A stretch of DNA of 40,089 nucleotides from Nemertoderma westbladi (lineage: Eukaryota > Animalia > Xenacoelomorpha). The position numbers were made by a program, and so were the translations under genes. Below are positions 12,220 to 23,282 of the stretch, piece after piece; within the stretch, counting starts at the first letter, position 1, and the number at the start of each line of letters is the position of its first letter. The stretch covers positions 1 through 40,089 of the forward strand of contig JAUCBJ010001149.1 in NCBI GenBank assembly GCA_032718475.1. Reading direction: 5' to 3'. A model generated the notes under the pieces. That model made no database searches, had not been told where the DNA came from, and saw only the letters and a program-made list of their open reading frames with translations.

Positions 12220-13206
12220 CGAGTTAATCTAGCCGAAAAAGGGGGTCAACCCATAACAAATTCGCAATTCATCCAAACCAATTTTTTTGTATTCTACATT
12301 ACCTAGCTAATACCCCCAAAAAAGTCTATAAAAATATATTATGCGGATCACCGGCAATTTCCTGTTTCTTTCCTTAGCAACATGGATTTTACATAGGAAC
12401 AAGGGGTCTATTGGTTGGATTTTCTCCAAATTTGGTACAGACAAACTTTACTATAATGACTATCGATTGACTGAAGTATGCACTTCTAGATAGTTACCAA
12501 TTTAGTTTCCAGAGCAAAGGAAATTTGTGTAATAATGTAACCATTTTTAATACCAATTTTGCTGGTACAATATAAGGACCTTATTTACACAACTTCTCTA
12601 CTAAACGGGTGGATGTAACCTCACCCATCGAATTTATCGACCTCAAAAACCCTTATCACCAAAAAATTTATTTGTTATATAATAAACTATTGTGTTTTCT
12701 AAACTAAAACAAATAAATAAATTACACCTAAAATCAATACAGCAATCACAATTTAATTATGTGAAAAATATTCACTAATATTAATGGAAATTATGAAATT
12801 TCCTTACAGTGGAATTGTATAATTTTTTTACAACGGTTACCTTAATATATCGTGAAGTTTTTGATATATTTAAAAATTGGATGCGACTTCTAGTTACCGA
12901 GATATAGCAATTAATGTGTAATACGCCAGTGTAAATATTACTAAATTCCCATTAAATCACAGCTTATTGTGAAATTAATTAAATTATTCTGGAACATCAC
13001 CAATTTGCTTCTTACTTTTCTCTACTGTTCCTTTTGTTTGGGCTGTATTATGCAAATTTACGCAGAATTTCCATGAATAAACATATGATCCGCAAAATAA
13101 AATTTTATAGACTTTTTTTGGGCATTAACTAAGGTAATATAGAATCCAAAATATGTGGTTCGGATTGATTGCGAAATACTTATGGGTTTTTTGCTAGATT
13201 GACTCG
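12220..13206. mobile_element. Old non-autonomous DNA transposon with diverged ~125-bp terminal inverted repeats
   Basis: 12220-12350 (CGAGTTAATCTAGC...AAAAAAGTCTATAAAA...TGCGGATCA) is the degenerate reverse complement of 13086-13206 (TGATCCGCA...TTTTATAGACTTTTTT...GCTAGATTGACTCG). Confidence 0.6.
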
Positions 13207-14912
13207 ACTACAAGTACAATTAATTGAGAAACAAACATAGCGAAGTAGAAACTAAATGACATTTTCGTTTTCTAAGACATAATTGTTTAAGTTTTTAAAA
13301 ATAATTAGCTTTAGTTTTAGAATGTTATACATTGATTATAATGAATTCAAGTAATTTTTACACTACTAGTACAGTAAAGAGTGACTGGTGCAATTAATAT
13401 GCAATTATATGAATTCAAAATTTAATTATCTTCATAAAATCTATTTAATGTGGCCCGAAAATTTATCGTACAAATTAAATATTTAATCATTACACTTTTA
13501 TGCAAATAAAATAACGAAAATTTCGAAATGAAAAACTTAGCTGAGTTTTATTTTGTTTGTGAAATCTTTATCCAATCTTTATTCAGTAAATAAAAATATT
13601 AAAGACTAAAAAATTAAGGCTATATTAATTAAGAATTATTTCAGTGAATACATTCATAAGTAAATTGGAATTCATTAAATGGGGGGTGGGGGGAGGGGTG
13701 TTCATAACATAGTGAACACATAAATATATGTAAAGAAGTTCTAAGTAGGTAAATATTAATTAATGTGAGTTCGTTTGTGAATGTCAGAAAAATTCAAAGC
13801 CCGACGCAGTGCGCCAAACGAAACTGACTTGGAGTCAAAATTCGGTTATTAAGGAACAATTAAAAGGGACCCCTTATAAAAACAACTGTGGAGATATTTA
13901 ACCTTCACATTCTCCCTTTGATCAAGCAAACATTATTTTTAACAAAACAATTTTATACTTATTTATGGAATCAATAATAGTGTTCGCTCGCACATCAGCC
14001 ACCTCTATCATCTATCGGTCTGTTATAGTTGCACCAGGAGATAAATCTAATAATTAGAACAAGTTTGTACTTCAGTAAACCATGAAAAGGTAACATACAT
14101 ATCAGTTCTCTCTCCTCTACAGGCAGGCGGGTTGGTTTAAATTCCCACTAAATAAAAGAAACAGTTTCTTTTATAAGTTTAGAGGGAATTTAAACTCCAT
14201 ATAATTAATGTATGTTTCAAATAATTCCCTGAAGTCGGCTTGTCGGTTTTTGAGAAATCAAAAAGTACCGGTAATCAATTTAAAATTAATTTTGAATAAC
14301 GTTTTATTTACCCTACAAATTGTTCAGCAGTTCGATATAAAGTGATATAAAGTTACCTAAAACACTTTTCATACAAACCGATACGGTACCCCGTCATAAT
14401 TTTAACATTTTAAGAAATTTGAATTCAAAATTGTAATCCCGATCCCGAGATAATCCCCCGTGATAATCCCGGCCTCAGAACCCGGAAATCCCGAAAAGAC
14501 TAATCCCGTTCAAACACTAACTGTCTATTTAGTATTCAATCAGTTAAATATTAATTATAACTATAGTATAAATAGTTTTAAGTCTAACTAGGAATAATCT
14601 ATTGATGCATGGTGTTATATTTTATTAATGTGAAGGTAATATGTACTTTAATATAATTTGTGGAGCGATAATAATAATAATAATAGGGAATTAGAATAAA
14701 AGAAAACAAGAACAGACGAAAGTCTACATATATAAGTTGCGAGTATTAAACTAAAGTAAAATATGTTTACCCTGATATGTGAGCAAGGCCATGGATGTGG
14801 ACTAATAATTGTGTAAAAGTATTTCATACCTTGAAGGTTGAAATAAATTGAACGCCTATAATATAATGGAAAAAATATAAAAATCTAAACATCTGAATCG
14901 TAAACTTTTCGA

Positions 14913-17900
14913 TTATATCCAGTAACTGTAATTTTTCACGGAACCGCTTCGACCCATTGGGACGTTTCCGTCGAAACTACTGCTACTGGAATCGTCGTCC
15001 ACAGAATCAGAGTCATCTAAGTCGCTATCGTCGTCGTCATCGTCGGAAGAGGAATCTAATGAATCGTCGTCGGAGACATCGTCCCGTCGCAATAAATCGA
15101 GGTCGGAGTCGTCGCTACTGGAAGCAGAGAGTTCCACGTCGACCATATTACTGCTAAGCTGGTGCAGCCTCCGGGAGGAGAAAGAGGAGCTGGTCGGGCT
15201 GACGAGCCTCCGGGAAGAGAAGGACGCCTTGGGACTGTCGGAGAACTGCCGCGACGTAGACGCGCTGAAGATATTCCCGGAATTCCTTCCCGCGGAAAAA
15301 CTCCCGGACTTCCCGGCAGGAAGTACCGAACCGCGGAGTTTAGAGAAGAGTTGAGTCGTTTCCACGGTCTCGTTGCCCTGGAGATGGCCGCTATTCTTCC
15401 CGATAAACGCGTCCAACGCACTTTTAGAAAGTTTTTGTTTTTTCCCGGGAACGGGAAACTTTACGGGGTTCGCGCCGCGCGGAGAGTAGCGAGAGGCGCG
15501 CGACTTCTTGCTCGCGGATTCGGTCGGTTGAGATTCGCTGCCGCGACGGCCGCCCTGCTGGTAGTGCCACATCTCCAGCTGGTTGCGACGGAGGTTCTCT
15601 ACGGAGTGCGCCAACTCGAAGATAACCGGACGCATGATCCTGTCCGAGTAGATGGACTTACTGGAGTCGACGGGCACGGCCGGTGGGTAGAACGGGGTGT
15701 TACCCCCACGCTTGCCGGTCGGACGCGACGGGACACCCCGTTTACGACGCGTCGCTTTCACCCGACTCTTCCCCGACAAGGGTTTCTTCGCTCCCCCCGA
15801 GCGACGCGCCTTCCCCGAACCCGAGCTACACCCCGCGGGGCTGCCCTCGTCCTCCCCCTCCCACGGCGTCTGGCATCCCAACTCCGCCGTCTGGGTGTTA
15901 TCCGACGAGGAATCCTGACTGGATTCAACCTCCGCTACTTTAAACCGCAGCGAAGGAGCCACGGATTTGCTGGTAACTGATTTAAACTTCTTGCTATTAT
16001 TCCGCTGATCAGAAGAACAACTCTGATCTTGCGGCCTCTTCAAACCTTTATCTCCCCTCTTCAAATCCACACTGGAGGTGTTAGACTGCTGTTTATCAAC
16101 CCGTTTCCTCTTGTTGGGCGACGGAATTCCGTCAATGGATCGACTAGCTTTCTGTGAATCCTGTATTTTCTTCGTGTAGATCTGCTGGTTCTCCGGTAGA
16201 AAGGGCACCGTCGCGAACGACGTCATGTTGAGGTTCTCCTTCCGCAGCGGGTACGTTCGCACGAAGGAGGGCGCTCTGGGTGAACGAGACCGCGACTTAC
16301 TCGCTCGGTTATCCTCGTCCCTGTCCGAATTTTTCGGGGTCGTATCTTCGTCGTCGCTTAGAATAAAACCCAAAGCCGATGTGACATCATTACTGTTAGG
16401 TAAACTCGTCGGATTGATTTCGGAACTAGAGTTGCCCTTTTCAACGCCATTTGTATTACTTAACGCAACAGGTTGCGTACTAGACTCATCAGGGCGATCG
16501 TTCACAACTAGTTTACCACAATTAACGCCATCCTCCTCGCTCTGCGGTTCCCTAAGGCCGCCGGGGGAGACGACGCGAGTTTCTCCGAGAACCTCGTCCG
16601 TCTCGAACTCGCAGTTATCCACGGCCAAGGCCCTCGCTATCTGCTCGAACATGCTGGTGATCTGATCGGAAGTATGGCCGTCGATATCAGCGGTCTCGGG
16701 AAGCTGCATCATCGACGCGGATTGCGTGGCAGGCGACGGTATGGGCGCGGCTTTCAGCAGCTCTTCCGCTTTGCGCGTCGGTGTTGCGTTTTTATTAGAT
16801 TCATTGAGGCCGATATGTTTACCGCCATCGGTAAGCGCCACACCGCAGTCTGTTAGACCCCCGCTGTAGTTGCTAGGGAGAGTTTCTGTTGCTAGTTGGG
16901 ATTTCGGTTGCAACATTGGTGCCGCATAATTATTCATTTGCGTGAAAACCTGCGGCACAAGATTCTGTTGGAATATTGCGTCCCCAGCTAAGGATTGCGG
17001 CTGCGTGTACTGCGGCGTTTGCGGGTAGATTTGTTGCTGCTGCGGCATCGCGAAGGGGAATGCGGTAGTATTATTCTGGAACGTATTCATCGGGTGGAAT
17101 ATTACCTGACCCAATGGGATGGCTTGTAGCGGCATTGCGGCGCCCATAGTGAGGCCCTGGGTGTTGGACAGTTGGATGGGCTGCTGGGGGACGCCGCCGC
17201 CTGCGGTGGGGGTTTGCGCGTCCGCGGTTTGCGCGTAGGGTTTGGGGGCGATGAGACGGGGTTTGCTGCGAGCCTGGTTGCCGGCCTGCGAAGCGAAGGC
17301 ATTCATTGGGGTCATATTGCTGTAATTATGATTAATAAAGTTATTGGAAGACGATTTCGGCGATTTACATAACATAGATTCGCCATCGAAATAATCGGCA
17401 TCGGGGATTCTTCCGGAGGAGTTTCCGCTGAGCGAGTGGAGGAATCCACCTGTTCCTCTGTTGTCCCTCAACCGAAGCGACTGTTTGCGGAATGACATGG
17501 TGATGGAAATCTGTTGCAAAGAAGGAAGATACTTCCCCGAACACTTTGATAACAACTGCCGCAACACCATCTCCGGTGTGGCGTTATTATCGACTCCATC
17601 GTAGATAATGTCCCTGACATCCTCGTCGAGCTTCAGCTTGGCCGGAGGCGGGGGAACCCAGTTGACCCCCTCGGGTACGTGGCATCCGCTCATCTCCACA
17701 CCCCAATGCTCCAAATCGGACAAATACAACTTAAGAGTGACAAGCAGGGAACAGTTATGTCGATCCTGTTTGTGCAGACGACCTTTGCAGCCCTCCATGC
17801 AGGCGCCGAGACCGCCGCACTTCCGCTTGCAGTTACCCTGACCCGGACACCACAGGTACCACGCCACTACAAACTCATCTCGACCCTTCCCTACTGCGAT

Positions 17901-19502
17901 CAGGAATCTCATCTGTTTGCCTTTCTCAGTTAGTTCAAAAAGGTCGTCGTACCGGCAACGCGCCGACAAGTTCTTCCCTCGCTTCCACATGTTCCTATCA
18001 ATGGCATCCTCTTGTCTATTGAGTTTCACTAGGTCCCTCTTCACGTTCCGCTTCCCCCTCTGCAGCGTGATGTCCTGCAGGCGATGTTCCTGCAACAGAA
18101 ACCTCCTGAGGTCCTTGCCAACGGGGATCCGGTAACGGTCCCCTTCACCCCCGAACACTCGCCGCTTCCTGATCGCCTCGTGCGGCGCGAACTTCCGCCG
18201 ACTACACCAGGATGGGGTGTGCGTCGGTTGCTTCATCGGTACCGGCAGGGAATCCCCGGTAATAGTTAGAGCGCCGGTTGTAACGTCATCGTCGGATCGC
18301 AATATTACCGAAGGGGGATCTTCCAAAGCATCCAGAGTAATAAACGATTCATTTGTACTGCCGCCATTAGGATTCACTCCGTAAGCGACTTGATTACCAC
18401 AAGAAGAACTCGTTAAAATATTATTAAAAGCACTCGATGATGGGTTGTAAATTTTCTGCGGAGAGATTCTACCGATTGACATGCTGCTAGTGGCGGCTTG
18501 TTGCATCATCAGTCCGGAGTTCTGTGTTAATTGCATCAACATTGACTGGTCTATCGTAGCCAATGCACTGCCGGGTCCGGAGGTTGAGGTAGAAGCTTTC
18601 GAAAGTTCCGGAACGGGTGGGTTTGATAATAAATCAGGGGGTTTCGAATCCTTGATATCATTTCGATTACATAATGTTTCAATGACTGAGCGTGGAAGTA
18701 GCTTATTCGAGGAACCAGTAAGTAACCTTGAACTCGTTTGTGTGGGGTTATCAGAAGTTTGCAATTGGCAGAAATTCCCACTAATATCAAGTACCGGTAG
18801 CGAGTTAAGCAAAGAACGTCTTGGTGATTTTTGAGAGAGTTGGTTCTGCAAACTGTCACCATTGCTATTATTTGATGTTTGTGCCATATTAGATATCAGT
18901 GTTGTGTCTGATGCTTGCAAAGCAACCCAAAGTTTCTTACTAACATTCTTCAACAACAAACCTTCGACTTCAGCGCTGGTTTTTACGCCGTGCAACATAT
19001 CAATAATAAGATTTATAACAGGAGCTACAATATTAAAACATTTCTCAGACACTTCCAAGTTGCTGGGGAAGTTTATTATGAGAGTATTACCTCGAACCCC
19101 ACAAACTGGGCGGTACAGCATCGCCAGGGGTGTTACTTCTATTAAACGCATAAGCATCGCTACCTGTAAGCCAGTGGATTCCTTGTCTATAAGGTCTCTA
19201 GTGGCCTCGGGCGTACAATCGTCTGGTGTAAATCCGATGCCACCAACAGTAAATATTACATCCAACATCCTATTGTCAACCCAATACTGGAGAACGCTCT
19301 TTATAGCTTGACGGTTATCCAACACAACGTCATAACAATTAACAGCCGCTGATAACTTGTCGACAACTAAGTTTTTCAGATTAGCACCGGATCCATCAAC
19401 AGTCGCATCGTTGATGACATCATCGCTGCGATTCACCACCAAAATTCCAACCTGAATTAAACGATTTGTCTCGAGTTTACCTGTACCGGTACTATCTTCC
19501 AT
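14913..19502 (-). CDS. 1529-aa protein: N-terminal gephyrin-G/MogA-like domain, central Cys/His (MULE/WRKY-GCM1-like) putative DNA-binding domain, Q/P-rich region, basic patches and Ser/Asp tail
   Basis: Uninterrupted 4.6-kb ORF. aa ~15-170 match the gephyrin G domain (IQVGILVV, SGANLK, TVGGIGFTPDDCTPEAT, VTPLAMLYRPVCGVRGNTLIINFP, CF). No MoeA/E domain is visible, so the symbol GPHN is not assigned. Confidence 0.9.
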   Translation of the reverse strand: MEDSTGTGKLETNRLIQVGILVVNRSDDVINDATVDGSGANLKNLVVDKLSAAVNCYDVVLDNRQAIKSVLQYWVDNRMLDVIFTVGGIGFTPDDCTPEATRDLIDKESTGLQVAMLMRLIEVTPLAMLYRPVCGVRGNTLIINFPSNLEVSEKCFNIVAPVINLIIDMLHGVKTSAEVEGLLLKNVSKKLWVALQASDTTLISNMAQTSNNSNGDSLQNQLSQKSPRRSLLNSLPVLDISGNFCQLQTSDNPTQTSSRLLTGSSNKLLPRSVIETLCNRNDIKDSKPPDLLSNPPVPELSKASTSTSGPGSALATIDQSMLMQLTQNSGLMMQQAATSSMSIGRISPQKIYNPSSSAFNNILTSSSCGNQVAYGVNPNGGSTNESFITLDALEDPPSVILRSDDDVTTGALTITGDSLPVPMKQPTHTPSWCSRRKFAPHEAIRKRRVFGGEGDRYRIPVGKDLRRFLLQEHRLQDITLQRGKRNVKRDLVKLNRQEDAIDRNMWKRGKNLSARCRYDDLFELTEKGKQMRFLIAVGKGRDEFVVAWYLWCPGQGNCKRKCGGLGACMEGCKGRLHKQDRHNCSLLVTLKLYLSDLEHWGVEMSGCHVPEGVNWVPPPPAKLKLDEDVRDIIYDGVDNNATPEMVLRQLLSKCSGKYLPSLQQISITMSFRKQSLRLRDNRGTGGFLHSLSGNSSGRIPDADYFDGESMLCKSPKSSSNNFINHNYSNMTPMNAFASQAGNQARSKPRLIAPKPYAQTADAQTPTAGGGVPQQPIQLSNTQGLTMGAAMPLQAIPLGQVIFHPMNTFQNNTTAFPFAMPQQQQIYPQTPQYTQPQSLAGDAIFQQNLVPQVFTQMNNYAAPMLQPKSQLATETLPSNYSGGLTDCGVALTDGGKHIGLNESNKNATPTRKAEELLKAAPIPSPATQSASMMQLPETADIDGHTSDQITSMFEQIARALAVDNCEFETDEVLGETRVVSPGGLREPQSEEDGVNCGKLVVNDRPDESSTQPVALSNTNGVEKGNSSSEINPTSLPNSNDVTSALGFILSDDEDTTPKNSDRDEDNRASKSRSRSPRAPSFVRTYPLRKENLNMTSFATVPFLPENQQIYTKKIQDSQKASRSIDGIPSPNKRKRVDKQQSNTSSVDLKRGDKGLKRPQDQSCSSDQRNNSKKFKSVTSKSVAPSLRFKVAEVESSQDSSSDNTQTAELGCQTPWEGEDEGSPAGCSSGSGKARRSGGAKKPLSGKSRVKATRRKRGVPSRPTGKRGGNTPFYPPAVPVDSSKSIYSDRIMRPVIFELAHSVENLRRNQLEMWHYQQGGRRGSESQPTESASKKSRASRYSPRGANPVKFPVPGKKQKLSKSALDAFIGKNSGHLQGNETVETTQLFSKLRGSVLPAGKSGSFSAGRNSGNIFSASTSRQFSDSPKASFSSRRLVSPTSSSFSSRRLHQLSSNMVDVELSASSSDDSDLDLLRRDDVSDDDSLDSSSDDDDDDSDLDDSDSVDDDSSSSSFDGNVPMGRSGSVKNYSYWI

Positions 19503-19730
19503 TTTCAGGTATTGTATTCTATCATGTCTCTATAATCGCTCACCAAATCAGATAGGCCTACTAGGTTTCTATCAGACTACTGCAGTACTGAACTATACCA
19601 GTATACTGCTAGACTGCTATAGGCAGATAGGAGGGCTGTAGGGCCTAAGCTGCTAAGCCTGCATCTAACCTAACCCACCCATGTCATGTCTATCACCTAT
19701 CTGTCTATTGACATAGTTAAATTTTTTGTC

Positions 19731-19813
19731 TTGCTTTCTTATTTATCGCGCTACTGCACCTACTGCGCTACGCTCGCCAAATAATATCGCCTGACTGCCT
19801 GACAAAAAAAGTA
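19731..19813. repeat. Left arm of a palindrome split by the LTR insertion
   Basis: Reverse complement of 31817-31890 except for a 9-bp insertion (ACCTACTGC). Confidence 0.92.
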
Positions 19814-19818
19814 TACTT

Positions 19819-21088
19819 TGTAAAAGCTTCTGTGGGATATAACTGGCCCCTTTTGCTTCGCAATCCAGTTTCCCCCCAGGCGCTGGAATACTCTAAAAAG
19901 GTTCTCTAACTGTATATATATTCCCCTCGCCCGCAAGGTACCGTTACAGGTGTTTTAACGGACATAAAAGTCATTCTTCTATATACGTGCTTTGGCGGAC
20001 ATGGTAAGGCAAAAAACCTGCAATGCACCAAATACCTTTACACGGCTTGGCCTTGATGATTCAGATTGCGACATCTAGCAGCTGGTTGCTGGCATGGAAA
20101 CAGCCATTGGACGCATGGTTCTTTGTTTGGCTTGAGCCAATCAGAGCGATTTTTTCTGTCGACGTGTAGATATTCGGTCGATCATACTAGGAGTGTTCAG
20201 TCTTACTGTTTTTTTGTGATACTGTTGTGTCATTGCTATCTAGGCCAGGAACACCGGCTCTAGAGTCAATTCGTTTTCATACTTTAGAAGAAACATTAGT
20301 AGGCTTAAATTATAGAGCGTATAACTGTTATCTTCACACATCATATATCAATTCATATCAACTTGTTTCTATTCTTGCATTATCGGTTCAACATACATTA
20401 TTATACTGCTATTTACTGTTGTGTTTTGGTTGAATATTATTTGGAGAACATATATAAAGAACCCAAATTTACCAATTTTCTTGATACACTACAGGTTAGA
20501 GAGACGGGTTATATATAGCGATTGCGACTTATATTATTGTGTATGTAGTGAATTTAATGCTATTTGATAAGCACTACATTGGTCCGTTGCTGTTCTCTTT
20601 ATATATGATAAAAATCATTGACGGTCGGCAAATTAGTGAGCAGTATTGTGTGTTACCGGTAGTGTGCATGATTGTGACTGATAACTAAGCATTTCCTAAA
20701 GAATGCGCCTCATACGTGAATCATAAGCCTTACCGACTTGCCGTTGTGATTAGTATAAGTCATATCTCTGTTTACCTAGATAGAGCGCCACGTCCTAAAG
20801 GAACGGTTAATATTTCCCGAAAGTGAATAATATTAGTCAGAAATTATTTATTAACGATCAATCGAATAATACAATACAGTAAGCTTACACTGCAATAATA
20901 ATCTAAGCCCTCAGAATCCAGTCTCCCGGGTATATCCAGCGGGTGAATGGACGCGCACTAGGCTGGCTTCTGCTAATGTTGTGTTTATTGGTATTAAATA
21001 TTTGTCATCTTCTAAAGTCTATTTATAAACCAAAAGACATATCAATTTTGGCAGGTTAAACTGCTAAAGGTCTTCAAAAGCGCGTACA
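19819..21088 (+). repeat. 5' LTR (1270 bp)
   Basis: Begins TGTAAAAGC and ends GCGCGTACA; I see only four substitutions relative to the 3' LTR. Confidence 0.96.
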
Positions 21089-21375
21089 ATAACAGTTATT
21101 GTCTTTATTGCAGTAAGCAATAAAGTTGAAAGTACCGGTCGACCGGTAAACCTGAACCGGTACTTCTGTAGGTCTGTAGGCCCAACTGTCCTAACCGGTA
21201 CTTCCAGTATAAGTACATTAGTATTATTCGATTTTGATTATTGTATACTGGTAGGTCTTAGTATTTAATCAGGGACGGCTGCCCTGGTTTTTTATTGAGA
21301 TTTTACTTATTTCTGTCGGTTTTATTTACATGTAAGTTAATATTGAGCTGAAGACGTGTAAGTCTGCTCAGATTG

Positions 21376-21955
21376 TTCAGATAATTGTAGGCCGGACTGT
21401 TGTCGGATTGTTGTTGGGTTTGGAGAGATTACTGTGTGTGTAGAGTTTGTCCGATAGAGTGCCAGTTAGTAAGTTGGGGCAGCCATGGCTGTAAGGTCAA
21501 TCCCCTCTTAAAGAATAAGTCGTACTACCGTGTTAGAACGCATACTAACTAACCATTTTGGAATCTGCACATACTGTAGTTTATTTAGGCTTGACAGTAT
21601 TCTGCCAATGTTTTGGCCTGTGTTTGTTTGTGTGGTCTGTTCAGGTACCGTAATAGTTATTACTCAGATATTTTGTAGGCTGGATTGTTGTCTAGCTGTT
21701 ATTAGGTCTGAAGAGATTGCTGCGTGTGTAGAGTTTGTCTGATAAAGTGCCAGTTAGTAAGTTGGGGCAGCCAGGGCTGTAAGGTCAATCCCCTCTTAAA
21801 GAATAAGTCGTACTACCGTGTTAGAACGCATACTAACTAACCATTTTGGAATCTGCACATACTGTAGTTTATTTGGGCTTAATGGTAGTCTGCCAGCGTT
21901 TGGTTTGTATTTTGTTTGAGTATTCTGTACGGGTAGCGTAATATTTATTATTCAG
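21376..21955 (+). repeat. 288-bp tandem duplication in the retrotransposon leader
   Basis: Core GAGATT...GGGGCAGCC.GGCTGTAAGGTCAATCCCC...CATACTAACTAACC recurs at offset 288 (21425/21713, 21541/21829). Confidence 0.9.
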
Positions 21956-23282
21956 AGTTTATGCGATTATTCGCAACATTCATGTCCCCAAGTTTATTCC
22001 TACAGTAATTGTGCTTGTTATATATACCGTTATAGTTAAATTAACCCCGGTACTACACGGGCTGCTAGGCGTAGGTAAAGACTGGTGATTTTGTGCACCG
22101 GTCACTCCAGCAGATGCCGTGGTTCTTTTAGCTGTTCAAGTATTTTTAACTACTGATTATTTGTTGTACCAGTACTTGTACCTAATTTAGGGTTTAGTGT
22201 ACAGTGCTTTCCGAAGGTAATTAGTGTATGGGCAGTATATTTGTGTTGTAAAGTGGTTAATAGGTACGTTGGTTCTGGTAGACCGCGGTAATTAACTTCT
22301 AGGTAGGGACACTCCGTGATACATAACGTAGTACCTATAGCGATACGGCTATAGGTCGTCAGGCGGTGGTATTTTTCCTATCTGGACAACGCAGTATATT
22401 GACTACTGCTTTATTATTCTCAAATACCGTAGTATCCTGTCTGTTGTAATAACCAGAAGTTCTAACCCTTTGTTAGACTGGTTTGTAGTTTCCCTGTAAA
22501 ATTACCCTAAAATTTCGTACGTAATATTTTGTTGTGTTTAGTTAGAGAATTAATCTCACCCGTATTGTAAGTAATTCGTAGATAAGTAACTTAGGAAGTA
22601 CAATTATCTGTTTTAGTGTCTAATAAGTAGCACTTCACTGAGAGCGCACAGCTTTTGTGTAGTGATTACTTCCCAGAAATAATAACATCTATTTCAATAT
22701 TGTAACAAAACCCCTCATACGGGTACATATAAATCCACTAAATCTATTAATATAATAGTAGGCCTGTTATACAACACTTAGGTCTTAATATCAGTTGGAC
22801 TGCTGCTCAAATAACGGTAACAAAGTAAGTAAAGTAACCAAGTAACCCCTAACATTCAGAAATTCAATTATTTTTAAAATAATTGACATACCGGTATTTA
22901 CAATACTGCAATAGGCTTATTATATTTATTCTATAAATTTAAGCTGAAACCATACCGGTATTCTGTAATTAATTCTAGTCTGTAATAATTATACTTATAT
23001 ATACTATAAGTGTCAGCTGTATACCGGTATTCACGATAGGCCTATTATATATTTATATATAGTTGTGCTAAAATTATATACCGGTACTCTGTGACAAATC
23101 TAGTCTGAAATAATACTTATATATATACTATAAGCATACCGGTATTCTAATATATTATATATATATCACGCTACACTGAGTAGCAGTATCGGTAATTAAT
23201 TATTAGGCTAACAGTGATACTGAATTACTAGACTTACTTTAGCTGTATTTATAGCCGTAGGCATTCAACTGTGTAAACAAAC

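Noticed and set aside
14440-14519. hAT-like terminus (AATCCCG repeats ending AAACACTA)
   Set aside because: I could not find a partner end or a TSD.
14957-19311. Plus-strand and alternate-frame ORFs overlapping the 1529-aa gene
   Set aside because: Shadow ORFs of a GC-rich coding region with no domain features.
14913-19502. Calling the gene gephyrin (GPHN)
   Set aside because: No MoeA/E domain, and the G-domain motifs are degenerate.
20066-20433. Small ORFs repeated at 30794-31161
   Set aside because: They recur only because they lie inside the LTRs.
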